Source: a virus. From it: a stretch of 40,192 bases of DNA. This document shows, one piece after another, positions 7,947 to 16,601 of the stretch (positions are counted from its first letter, which is position 1; every line of letters starts with the position of its first letter). The notes below the pieces were generated by a model, which worked only from the letters and a program-made list of their open reading frames with translations, ran no database searches and was not told the DNA's origin. The DNA is taken from the UHGV virus genome UHGV-0071970; one strand, written 5' to 3'. Made by a program: the position numbers and the translations under genes.

Positions 7947-8117
7947 ATGAAGAGCGTTAAGGGACTTTCAGATATTCAGGACTTCTTTAACTGGATGTGG
8001 GCGGTGGATCCCCTGCTGGCTTCCCGCCTGAACAACTGGCACGACTATTACCGCCGCGCCTGTAAACAGGCTGCCCGCAGCGTCACCACATACGGGGCTT
8101 TCTCCTTCACCGTTGAC
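7947..8117 (+). pseudogene. Duplicated 5' fragment (about 57 codons) of the 138-aa gene at 8776..9192
   Basis: Same N-terminus MKSVKGLSDIQDFFNWMW...; the frame then runs out of the unit into repeat copy 2, giving the artefactual 280-aa track ORF 7947..8789. Confidence 0.5.
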
Positions 8118-8346
8118 TATGCAGACAATCACCAGTTGCCAGGTGATATTAATTCGCAACATTCTAACCACATCAGCACGCAACACAAAAACCGCTTGCC
8201 AGCGCTCGTCGTGTCGGGTTACATTTCCGCTGCACCTCATAAAACGGGTGCCGGGATTTCCACCCCGCTGACAAACGAAGCGCACAGCCGCGCCAGCGGT
8301 TTTTTTGTGCGTACTGTATCGCCACGTCTTTTTCGCGTCAGAATTA

Positions 8347-8424
8347 TGGCGGGGCGTACAGGGCCGACTTCGGTCGGGCCGGTTTCTTCGTTTGCCGGTT
8401 GTGGAAACCCTGTACGTCTCGCCA
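8347..8424 (+). other. Second copy of the RNA-like hairpin element
   Basis: Identical sequence at +829 bp. Confidence 0.4.
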
Positions 8425-8485
8425 CCCTGAGTTTTCCACCTCTGGTTGGTGAGTTTTCAAAATTCACAAACGAAGAGGCCACACC

Positions 8486-8707
8486 ATGGCAAACCGCAAG
8501 CAACAGCGCGCCCGCGCTGAGCGTCTTCACATCCGCAGCGAAATCAACCGCAGACTTTTCCGCGCAACACGCGTCGCACAAATCATGCATATCAACATGC
8601 TGCATGAGCGCACGCACGCGCTGTCAAACCGTTACTGCGCTGCTGTCTTCAGCTATCTCGCCGAAGATCTGGCAGAACTGCAAAGCCTCATCAACCAGCA
8701 CCGATAA
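8486..8707 (+). CDS. Small basic protein (73 aa), copy 2, identical
   Basis: Identical duplicate inside repeat copy 2. Confidence 0.45.
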   Translation: MANRKQQRARAERLHIRSEINRRLFRATRVAQIMHINMLHERTHALSNRYCAAVFSYLAEDLAELQSLINQHR

Positions 8708-8775
8708 ACCACATCCGGAAGCTATCCCACACCTGCACGCGGGAGGCTTCCGCACGTCTGTTACCGGAGGTTCTC

Positions 8776-9192
8776 ATGAAGAGCGTTAAGGGACTTTCAG
8801 ATATTCAGGACTTCTTTAACTGGATGTGGGCGGTGGATCCCCTGCTGGCTTCCCGCCTGAACAACTGGCACGACTATTACCGCCGCGCCTGTAAACAGGC
8901 TGCCCGCAGCGTCACCACATACGGGGATTTCTCCTTCACCGTGGACGGTCGTTACCGCGTGGACGTGAAAGGTGATGGTGATGGACTGGGTTTATTTCAC
9001 ATCAACGGCACCGACAGTACCGCCATCAGCTGGTCGTCATCAGAGATGGCGCTGATTCTGGAAATGACAACCCACAGCGTGGCCGTGAAAGGTATATACA
9101 CCGCAGAAGGTTTTATCGGCGAATACCAGCGCCTTCTCGTGCTGTACCGCGCGGCGTTTCAGGTGGCAACTGCCGGGGAGTGCGACGCATGA
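8776..9192 (+). CDS. Hypothetical protein (138 aa) immediately upstream of gpA
   Basis: Its stop overlaps the gpA ATG (ATGA at 9189-9192). Confidence 0.5.
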   Translation: MKSVKGLSDIQDFFNWMWAVDPLLASRLNNWHDYYRRACKQAARSVTTYGDFSFTVDGRYRVDVKGDGDGLGLFHINGTDSTAISWSSSEMALILEMTTHSVAVKGIYTAEGFIGEYQRLLVLYRAAFQVATAGECDA

Positions 9193-11702
9193 GCGACCAT
9201 AACGCACAACTGGCGTACCCGTGGAACGCCCCGCTACCGGTTATCGATCCTGAAACGTTCGGCAGAGCACAGCCAACCGCATTACGCCAGGCCATTCAGA
9301 GCTACATCAACGAGGACATTCGCATTGATGCCAGACTGGATGAAGAAACCGTCGCCTTTCTGACAACCACAGACGAAGGGAAGCGAATTAATTCGCACCT
9401 TCACCACAACGAAGAGCGTCGGATCAGACTGGAAAAACTGGCGAAGCACAAACGCGAGAATCCGCCCACGGTGGTATCGGAAGCCATGGCAGAACTTCGC
9501 GCCCTGCCCTCGTTTCTTGGCAACGTGCTCATTCGTGATCTGGCGCGTTTAAACCGCAAACAACAAAGCGCCCGCAATGAAGGCGTGAAAAACAACAACA
9601 CTCACGTGGCCGATAACTTCGTTCGCCGTGGACTGCGCACACGCCTGAAACGCATCGAACAGGTGAATGAATGCTTCGCCACGACGGCATTCAAAGCCAC
9701 CGCAGCGCGTCATCGCCTTGATGAATTACTCATGCTGCCACAACTCAACCGTGATCAAATTCAGCGCCTTGCCACACTAACGGCGGCGGCATTTTCCACC
9801 GAACTGGAACGCATATGTGATGAAGTTACTGAGCGGACAGGAAAAGGTGACGATAACCTGTTCACCTGGTTGCTGACTTACCAGCAGCTGGCGCGCATGG
9901 CGTTAAAACTGGGCGTGACCCCACCATACTGGCCGTCACTCGAGATCAGACGTGACCGCCGCACGGCACCAGACCCTGAACTGGTACCGGGTGCGGTAAT
10001 GCGTATCACCTGCGCCACCTGGTGGAACAACCAGCTGCGCCACCTCGCTGATCTCTGGCGGGAGGAATTACTGCGTGCCGCCGGAAGAGTATCGCGCAAG
10101 GCATCCCCCTACATCAGCCATGAGTCACTCCAGGAATTCCGGGAGAAACGCCAGCGCACCCGTGATTTTCTCAAAAGCTGGGACATTGAAAACGAAGACG
10201 GTGAACGCCTGAGTCTGGAGGACGTGTACTGGTCAGGGCTGGGGAATCCGCGCAACCGCCGCAACGAGATGATGGCCTGCGTCAGAGGGATGGAACAGGT
10301 CGCCGAATCGCGTGGTGACTCCGCGTTCTTCGTGACAGTGACCTGCCCTTCCCGCTTTCACAGCGTAAACGAGGACGGCAGCCTGAACCCGAAATACAAC
10401 GGTGCCACCGTGCGCGATGCCAGTGATTATCTGGTTTACGACGTCTTTGCAGCTGCAAGAAAAAAACTCAACAAAGAAGGCCTGAGCTGGTACGGGGTGC
10501 GCACCGTTGAGCCACACCATGACGGCACACCGCACTGGCACATGCTGGTATTCACCGCCCCGGACAATGAAGAACGCATCATTGAAATCATGCGTGACGC
10601 AGCAATCAAATCAGATCGCGCAGAACTGGGGAATGATATTTCTCCGCGCTTCAAGTGCGAAAAAATCGACCCGGCAAAAGGCACACCGGCAAGCTACATC
10701 GCAACCTATATTGGCAAGAACCTGGACGCCAGCACCTTTCACGACAATGACCCGAAAACCGGCAAACCTTACGCCGATAAAGAATCGGGAAAAACCATGG
10801 CGGAAACCGTGGAAAACGCCATTGCCTGGGCGAGTCTCCACCGCATCCGGCAGTTCCAGTTCTTCGGTATCCCGCCCCGCCAGGTATGGCGTGAACTCCG
10901 CCGCCTTGCCGGACAAATGGAGCGTAACCCCGCATCACCGAAGCGCCTGGACCATGACGACATTGACGCCATTCTGGCCGCCGCTGACGTGGGGTGTTTT
11001 GCCACCTACATCAACCGTCAGGGCGGCGTGCTCATTCCACGCAACCTGTACCTGATCCGCACCGCATACGAAACCGCAGATGAGGCCAACGACTACGGCG
11101 AATTCCCGCAGCGCATCTACGGAATTTGTGCCCCGTCGCTCGGCGAGCGCTACACCATCTGCACCCATCCGGACGAGTGGAAACTGGTCAGAAAAGAAGC
11201 GAAAGCCGACAACAGCACGGACGAGGATTTTGACGTTGGGGGCGGCTTCGCCGCACCTTGGACTCGTGGCAATAACTGTCCCCATGATGAAAAAACAGAC
11301 ACCGGAGAGGGTAAAACCCCACCACCGGAAACCAGGAAAGAACAAAAACTGGTCGTCCCGGGAGGTGATTTGGGTGAGTGGTTAAGGTCACTGACCCCCA
11401 CAGAGCGAAAACAACTCACCAGGCAGCTGAAAGATGCGCCATCTGACACAAAAACCGTGAAAACCGGCGGCCCCACCACGCCCGATGACGTCATACATGT
11501 GCGTACAGCATTGCCGCTGACTGACGTCACCACCACCGTAATCAAGTCGGCACTGAGCGCGACGGGCGAGGAGCTACACAGTGGCGCAGCACTTTCCGTA
11601 CACAGAGGTGCACGCGTTCGCCTGCCTGACGGGCGGATTGTGCACTGGGATGAGAAATCACGAAGCCTGGTGGCAGCAGATCAACCGGAGGTGAACCCAT
11701 GA
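9189..11702 (+). CDS. A: Replication initiation protein gpA (rolling-circle endonuclease)
   Basis: About 838 aa; tyrosine motif SYIATYIGKNLD typical of rolling-circle initiators; position and size match P2 gene A. ATG at 9189; the track start at 9180 is a GTG. Confidence 0.8.
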   Translation: MSDHNAQLAYPWNAPLPVIDPETFGRAQPTALRQAIQSYINEDIRIDARLDEETVAFLTTTDEGKRINSHLHHNEERRIRLEKLAKHKRENPPTVVSEAMAELRALPSFLGNVLIRDLARLNRKQQSARNEGVKNNNTHVADNFVRRGLRTRLKRIEQVNECFATTAFKATAARHRLDELLMLPQLNRDQIQRLATLTAAAFSTELERICDEVTERTGKGDDNLFTWLLTYQQLARMALKLGVTPPYWPSLEIRRDRRTAPDPELVPGAVMRITCATWWNNQLRHLADLWREELLRAAGRVSRKASPYISHESLQEFREKRQRTRDFLKSWDIENEDGERLSLEDVYWSGLGNPRNRRNEMMACVRGMEQVAESRGDSAFFVTVTCPSRFHSVNEDGSLNPKYNGATVRDASDYLVYDVFAAARKKLNKEGLSWYGVRTVEPHHDGTPHWHMLVFTAPDNEERIIEIMRDAAIKSDRAELGNDISPRFKCEKIDPAKGTPASYIATYIGKNLDASTFHDNDPKTGKPYADKESGKTMAETVENAIAWASLHRIRQFQFFGIPPRQVWRELRRLAGQMERNPASPKRLDHDDIDAILAAADVGCFATYINRQGGVLIPRNLYLIRTAYETADEANDYGEFPQRIYGICAPSLGERYTICTHPDEWKLVRKEAKADNSTDEDFDVGGGFAAPWTRGNNCPHDEKTDTGEGKTPPPETRKEQKLVVPGGDLGEWLRSLTPTERKQLTRQLKDAPSDTKTVKTGGPTTPDDVIHVRTALPLTDVTTTVIKSALSATGEELHSGAALSVHRGARVRLPDGRIVHWDEKSRSLVAADQPEVNP

Positions 11703-12103
11703 CACGATTCCATTGTGTACTCCAGCGCCATGATTTCAGCGCCATCATGAGTGGACGCATTCCCGCACTGACGCTGAGCGGCGTCAGTGTTCGACCACAG
11801 CCAGGCGACGAACTGGAGATCACGATCGCAAACCCCGATCGCAGCACAGATACCGTCATGACCGACATCCTGACTGCAAGAATCAACACCGACAGAAGCG
11901 CATTCATCGTTGCCGTGCGCCCTCGTCGCGCCATATCAGAGCCTGAACCACTGACTCCCGTAGGAAAAATCATGCAGGCATACCACGAAAAACAGACCAG
12001 AAAACTCAACGAAGAACTGGCAAGAACGCTGGCCGTCGTTAACCGAAAAGCGGCAATTGTCCGCTATGTGCATTCGGCCGCCAGCAGGCAATCACGCAGG
12101 TAA
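11699..12103 (+). CDS. Hypothetical protein (134 aa)
   Basis: ATGA overlap with the gpA stop. Confidence 0.45.
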   Translation: MTRFHCVLQRHDFSAIMSGRIPALTLSGVSVRPQPGDELEITIANPDRSTDTVMTDILTARINTDRSAFIVAVRPRRAISEPEPLTPVGKIMQAYHEKQTRKLNEELARTLAVVNRKAAIVRYVHSAASRQSRR

Positions 12104-12151
12104 CAAAAGACCATGAACATGACCAGAAACAGCAAACCGAAGGAGCACACC

Positions 12152-12322
12152 ATGAACGACATCAGGAGGATCAGCGACAAAGAGCTTACGAAAATGATTG
12201 AGTCGGCGCAGCAGCTGCTTTCACGACGAAATCCGGTTGTGGAAGAAACATGGTGGGAAAATTTACTGGCAGCACTGACCGAACTCCGCGAACGCCGGAA
12301 CAACGAAGGAGCCGCCAAATGA
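12152..12322 (+). CDS. Hypothetical small protein (56 aa)
   Basis: ATG at 12152 with strong SD AAGGAG; the track ORF starts further upstream at 12113. Confidence 0.4.
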   Translation: MNDIRRISDKELTKMIESAQQLLSRRNPVVEETWWENLLAALTELRERRNNEGAAK

Positions 12323-12657
12323 AGACACCCAGAATGACCGGAAAGGTAATCATTTTACGCTACCTGGAAACGCACGCACGCTTCAGCGCACCAGAGCTGG
12401 TTGAAAAACTGGGCGTGAAAAGGACCATCATTAATCAGGCCGCCGGAAAGATGGTACGCGAAGGGCTGCTGGTTGTGGACGGGTACACGGACAAGATAAC
12501 GCATTACCGGAAGCCAACGGAAAAGGAACGACTGGAGCTGGAGCGGCGGGCTGAACAGCAACAAAAGCCGTCCGTAATCCAGGACTGCAAGCGAAGCGAA
12601 ATCATGAAGCGAATTCTGTTTATCTACGGCGCTGGCGAAGAGCTGCCAGTCATCTAA
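12319..12657 (+). CDS. Putative winged-helix DNA-binding protein (112 aa)
   Basis: ATGA overlap with the previous ORF; LRYLETHARFSAPELVEKLGVKRTIINQAAGKMVREGLLVV looks like an HTH followed by a wing. Confidence 0.45.
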   Translation: MKTPRMTGKVIILRYLETHARFSAPELVEKLGVKRTIINQAAGKMVREGLLVVDGYTDKITHYRKPTEKERLELERRAEQQQKPSVIQDCKRSEIMKRILFIYGAGEELPVI

Positions 12658-12689
12658 CCCCAACAATAAAACCAACACGGGAGACAAAT

Positions 12690-13007
12690 ATGCCAACACA
12701 GGTTGCAACAGAGGGACGACTGGCAGCAGACCCGAACACAAGGAGAACAACCAAAGGAACCAACGTCACAACGGCACAACTGGCGGTATCACTACCCTGC
12801 CATGGCGCAGAACAGCCAACCACAATGTGGCTTTACCTTATTGCATTCGGGAAGCAGCACGAAGAACCGGCAAAACACAGAAAAGGCGATCTGATTCTGG
12901 TGCACGGAAACTTGCAGGTAAACAGGTATCAGGACAAGTACGGGCAACAGAAAGAGGGCTGGCAGTTGCTGGCGCAAAGCATTATCAGCTCAAGAACCGG
13001 GCGATGA
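12690..13007 (+). CDS. SSB-like OB-fold protein (105 aa)
   Basis: Residue pattern G-L..DP....KG....A.LAV ... W....AFGK.AE ... KGD.I.V.G.L....Y.DK.G.Q follows the single-strand-binding protein fold pattern; SD GGGAGA. Confidence 0.45.
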   Translation: MPTQVATEGRLAADPNTRRTTKGTNVTTAQLAVSLPCHGAEQPTTMWLYLIAFGKQHEEPAKHRKGDLILVHGNLQVNRYQDKYGQQKEGWQLLAQSIISSRTGR

Positions 13008-13017
13008 CTTCACGCAT

Positions 13018-13041
13018 GTTACCCTCAGCAGCGAGGGTAAC
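13018..13041. terminator. Bidirectional terminator hairpin between convergent genes
   Basis: GTTACCCTC-AGCAGC-GAGGGTAAC, 9-bp stem, with a T-rich run (13049-13058) on the plus side. Confidence 0.5.
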
Positions 13042-13056
13042 ACAGGATTTCTTTTT

Positions 13057-13602
13057 TCAGTCAAACCGAAATCGGCCGCTTGTCGCGTATGCATAGGTGA
13101 CCACCGCACCCAGCGCATTCACACGCTTCTTCACATAAATCACATTACCATCCTGATAGTCACCGTATGGGTAGCAAATAAAGATTGTTTTTTGCAAATC
13201 AGGATCATCAACAAATGCCCCTGAACAACTTTTTGAGCTACCGCGACTGTACTCATAGGGAGCGGAATAGAATGAATCTTCACCCGGAAGAAAATATATC
13301 AGCGTAACCAGGAGGGTAAACAGAATCATCCAGGTAAGAAGGCACATACCCGAAAAAAACTTAAGATACGATGTAACCCCGGTAAATTTAGACCGATCAA
13401 CCAGGTTCTTTTTCAACAGGCACAGTGAGACAAAAACCGAAAGCACCACAGACACTGAAACAAGGCAGTTTGTCGTGAACGAATAAAGGTAGGTAATTCT
13501 GTAAACATCGTTTCGCCACCAAATAAAAAGAAAAATCCCCCCCAAAACAGAAAGCGTGACAAAAGTTAAATAAGGATATGAGTAATTTTTCACAGTTCTC
13601 AC
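13057..13602 (-). CDS. Multi-pass membrane protein (about 182 aa) of the accessory cassette
   Basis: Probable GTG start at 13602 with SD GGGAGA; the track ORF extends to 13764 over the promoter motif. Three hydrophobic helices plus a C-terminal soluble domain; AT-rich. Confidence 0.5.
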   Translation of the reverse strand: MRTVKNYSYPYLTFVTLSVLGGIFLFIWWRNDVYRITYLYSFTTNCLVSVSVVLSVFVSLCLLKKNLVDRSKFTGVTSYLKFFSGMCLLTWMILFTLLVTLIYFLPGEDSFYSAPYEYSRGSSKSCSGAFVDDPDLQKTIFICYPYGDYQDGNVIYVKKRVNALGAVVTYAYATSGRFRFD

Positions 13603-13673
13603 CCGGCAGTCTCCCACTGATTCAGACAGATGAATATCATCACCACTTGCCACAAAAAATCGCAAGATCAAAA

Positions 13674-13712
13674 CTGCACAAAAGCGCACGAAATTGCACA
13701 ATTTTTCTAATG
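13674..13712. promoter_or_regulatory. Conserved 39-bp promoter-proximal element, copy A (upstream of membrane gene)
   Basis: CTGCACAAAAGCGCACGAAATTGCACAATTTTTCTAATG; 30/39 identical to the element at 16602-16640; contains three GTGCA/GTGCG repeats at about 10-11 bp spacing. Confidence 0.5.
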
Positions 13713-13932
13713 TACTTTTTCCCCATTCCGCCCGGTAACGGCGCTGGCTGAGGCCGGTTTGCACGGTGCACGAAAAACGAGGCGAGTAGTGGATGGGTAA
13801 AAATTAATAATAAGTATAAGCAATGTCGATAAACCAAGACACAACAAGTATTCAACACAATTAATCATGCACGTGCAAATAGCAATAACATTAACACATT
13901 ATTTATATAAAAAACAATCTGATATTATTTCG

Positions 13933-13963
13933 GTTGTGGGCTTGGTATTTTCAAACCCACAAC
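13933..13963 (-). terminator. Possible terminator hairpin downstream of the three-gene operon
   Basis: GTTGTGGG-N15-CCCACAAC; a U-rich run follows only after a gap on the minus strand, so weak. Confidence 0.3.
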
Positions 13964-13997
13964 AATAATATTATTTCGAGATATTAAACATAGACAA

Positions 13998-14789
13998 TCA
14001 CCCTATTTTTCTATGCATTTTCATGAGTTCCCTTATTAAGCTAGCATGAAAGATTGATACATCAGAAATCCTTGTATCAATAGATGAATCAATATTATCA
14101 GAAACCTTTTGCTCAAATAAATCGCAGATACCATCAAGTGACTCAATATCTTTTTCCAACTTAGAAAAACCCTTAAATAGATATAATGAATCCCTTAACT
14201 CCCCAAGCTTTGAAAATAGTTGGCTATCTAGTAATGATATAAATTCATCAGAGGGAAGCCCCATCGCATCCTTAAAATCTTCCGTAACTTCAAAAGCTAA
14301 TCCATTAATTTTAGGGAGAATAACTTCTCGTAACCAATACCCTTCGTTTATAGCTTCATTTCTTCCTTTATAATGCTGCCACAAAGGAACCCCTACAGAT
14401 GCAATTAGCGCAATAATTGAAATTGCTATAGAGTACCATTCAGGTCCTGATTCAGGAACTCTAACGATATTATAGAGATTCCCCGATGAGGTTGAGGGGT
14501 AATATCCATTCAGAACATAATTATCAGGTTTATCATAAAGAAGGTGCGGTGTAAACTTCCTTTCATAACTATTGCATAATTTTAGATCGCTATTTTTTCC
14601 AATGCATATATCAGCATTAAAAATGTTTCCACTCTTTGGTTCTATTACGTGAGACTCTGAATTTTGCGAATCCATGTTAGACGCGGTTCTTTCTAGATAT
14701 GTCGCAGAGCAAGCGGATATATTAACAAAAAAAATGACAGGCAATGCTGTCATTTTAAAAACAGAGCACAAATCAGAAGAACGGAACAT
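13998..14789 (-). CDS. Predicted lipoprotein/membrane protein (263 aa), cassette gene 3
   Basis: N-terminus MFRSSDLCSVFKMTALPVIFFVNISAC looks like a signal peptide with lipobox ISAC; internal TM WYSIAISIIALIASVGVPLW; acidic C-terminal domain. Start overlaps the upstream gene by 17 bp. Confidence 0.5.
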   Translation of the reverse strand: MFRSSDLCSVFKMTALPVIFFVNISACSATYLERTASNMDSQNSESHVIEPKSGNIFNADICIGKNSDLKLCNSYERKFTPHLLYDKPDNYVLNGYYPSTSSGNLYNIVRVPESGPEWYSIAISIIALIASVGVPLWQHYKGRNEAINEGYWLREVILPKINGLAFEVTEDFKDAMGLPSDEFISLLDSQLFSKLGELRDSLYLFKGFSKLEKDIESLDGICDLFEQKVSDNIDSSIDTRISDVSIFHASLIRELMKMHRKIG

Positions 14790-15117
14790 TTCGATGTAAT
14801 CCTCTTCTCACAGCCCTATCCAGCTCAGAAAGCATTCCTTCTTTATAATTCACTCCATCTAAAGATGTTCTGCTATAAAATTCATTCGGAGATGAAAAAA
14901 GAGGCAATATATTCTCTAGCATACCCAAAAAGTATGAGCTTGACACAACCACACCATTCGGAATTGATAGAAAAATCCTATCATTGTTATCAAAAGTAAA
15001 GCGATCTATGCCAAAGAAACTATATGCCTTGCGACCATTATCACGCCCAGCAAATAATTTCTTGCCGCCATCTTTAACTAATTTATTGAAATCTATATAA
15101 ATATTTGCCATTTTCAT
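14773..15117 (-). CDS. STAS-like (DUF4325-type) small protein, cassette gene 2
   Basis: Core RIFLSIPNGVVVSSSYFLGML fits the STAS-like DUF4325 pattern as I recall it; SD GAGGAA; coupled to the upstream ATPase gene. Confidence 0.45.
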   Translation of the reverse strand: MKMANIYIDFNKLVKDGGKKLFAGRDNGRKAYSFFGIDRFTFDNNDRIFLSIPNGVVVSSSYFLGMLENILPLFSSPNEFYSRTSLDGVNYKEGMLSELDRAVRRGLHRNVPFF

Positions 15118-15128
15118 TTACCTATTCC

Positions 15129-16505
15129 TCAGGTTCTTTGAGTTGCATTTTCCGGTAAAGGAAAACGTATATTAATCATAACTCCCGGAAAACGGGCTTT
15201 CTGCATACACTTAAGATAGGTACGATCTGGTTCAGATTCAAGCCCTGTATTATTAAATGGATAAGTGAATTTGTCACTTTGGTTATCTAACGTTTGCTTT
15301 TTCAACTTATAAGAACCATCAAAGTTTATATGTGTGCATCCAGAAATTAAAGACATTCTGATGTTTCCACTTAGTTCTTTGGATAGTTCTTTTAAACTAT
15401 CATGCATATCCTGGAAAAACTTCAATAGCTCAATGGTTCCCGTACCAGAACTATCTGTCTCCGTTTCATTTTTACAACTAACCCGCCCCTGCAAAGCAGC
15501 GACTGTAATCAAACCTTCTCTAAACATCCCTTTTTTATTTATGTGTTTTTCCACATAAGGGATTATGTGATTGTTATATGAATAATGTTCTAAAGAAAGT
15601 CCTGAAAAAGTTTCATCAATAGTTTTTCCAAAGTTAAAAACAGCTATTTCACATGTTGGCTGTTTTAAGCCATTATTTACAAACCCCCTCAAATACCAAC
15701 GCGGACGCTGCTCAAGCCCACAATGTCTCTCTGCATTATCAAGTAATTCGCCCATGCAAGATGTTAGATGGTTTTCTGCCTTGCTAACTAATTTTAATTG
15801 ATGATCACTTAGACACTCGTTTATATAATTAGTGAATTTCTCAGACATTCTATTTTTGGTATCTTGTGCAAATGCAGACGCATTTTCCTTGCCGATACTA
15901 TCAGCAGAGAATATTCTTTTCTTAGGGTTATCTTTTTTCGATTTTTCTGTTTCATCATGCACCTTCCCTGGCGTCACTTTATTTATTTCTTTAACCAACC
16001 CGATGTCACGAATAATTTCTAAATATTTTTCATCCTTCGGATAAATGCCATTAAGTTGTACTTGAGCATCTTTTAAATTTATATTGTGACGTTTGGCTGA
16101 GCTCAGTGCAACACCAAGGAGACATTCCGCACCTAAACAATGCTTTTTATTTTTAGTATAATCAAGCAAATATGATTTACGTTTACCCCTGGCAATCAAT
16201 CTAGTTACACCATGAATAAACAAAAGAGATTTTTCTGGATGATCAAACAAATCGAAACATTTAGGTATTATTACTCTATCTTCTTTGCGACGAAGAGTTG
16301 CAGTATCATATTTCTTTACGGATGAAATACTTTCAATAAAAGTAGCCACCTGACTTTTCACTGGTGTTACTTCGTCAGAAAAATGTAACCTTTCATAGGC
16401 TTTATATTTAATTCTTCTTTTATTTTTTCTCTCAACGCCTTTTAAAAAGCGAATCCAACCACGTAAAAAGCGTTTTCTTGCATCCTTTTTATCTATTTTT
16501 TTCAC
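15129..16505 (-). CDS. GHKL-superfamily ATPase, anti-sigma-factor-kinase-like, with about 240-aa basic N-terminal extension; cassette gene 1
   Basis: N-box-like GELLDNAERH and G-rich lid DSSGTGTIELL in the C-terminal half; GTG start at 16505 with SD AAGG; strongly AT-rich. Confidence 0.5.
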   Translation of the reverse strand: MKKIDKKDARKRFLRGWIRFLKGVERKNKRRIKYKAYERLHFSDEVTPVKSQVATFIESISSVKKYDTATLRRKEDRVIIPKCFDLFDHPEKSLLFIHGVTRLIARGKRKSYLLDYTKNKKHCLGAECLLGVALSSAKRHNINLKDAQVQLNGIYPKDEKYLEIIRDIGLVKEINKVTPGKVHDETEKSKKDNPKKRIFSADSIGKENASAFAQDTKNRMSEKFTNYINECLSDHQLKLVSKAENHLTSCMGELLDNAERHCGLEQRPRWYLRGFVNNGLKQPTCEIAVFNFGKTIDETFSGLSLEHYSYNNHIIPYVEKHINKKGMFREGLITVAALQGRVSCKNETETDSSGTGTIELLKFFQDMHDSLKELSKELSGNIRMSLISGCTHINFDGSYKLKKQTLDNQSDKFTYPFNNTGLESEPDRTYLKCMQKARFPGVMINIRFPLPENATQRT

Positions 16506-16547
16506 TATTCACCTTACTTAACAAACATCTATACTACTTCGTTGCAA

Positions 16548-16575
16548 AGTATACATATCACTTGCTAATACACAA
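16548..16575 (-). promoter_or_regulatory. Candidate sigma70 promoter of the cassette operon (TTGTGT-N16-TATACT on the minus strand)
   Basis: Hexamers read on the minus strand about 45 bp upstream of the GTG start, just downstream of the repeat motif. Confidence 0.3.
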
Positions 16576-16601
16576 TATGGCTTCGAGATAATCCGCAGCA
16601 T

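Larger units (their letters stand above)
7289..8946. repeat. Tandem direct duplication, 2 x 829 bp (7289-8117 and 8118-8946)
   Basis: Base-by-base identical except two mismatches in the last 20 bp of the unit (8098 vs 8927, 8114 vs 8943). Duplicate ORF-track entries (7408..7788 = 8237..8617; 7657..7878 = 8486..8707) show the same 829-bp offset. Confidence 0.95.

Noticed and set aside
7968-8285. Minus-strand ORF 7968..8285 resembling the N-terminus of the 6809..7456 track ORF
   Set aside because: It is the duplicated copy of the non-coding upstream extension of the membrane gene frame; the real membrane gene starts at 7273.
6854-8789. Long plus-strand ORFs 6854..7960 (368 aa) and 7947..8789 (280 aa)
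   Set aside because: They are read-through frames across the tandem repeat, antisense to the membrane gene, with low-complexity Ser/Thr/Ala/Pro-rich translations; the identical C-terminal 224 residues simply reflect the duplicated DNA.
7289-8946. CRISPR array
   Set aside because: Only two very long (829 bp) identical units with no short repeat-spacer periodicity.
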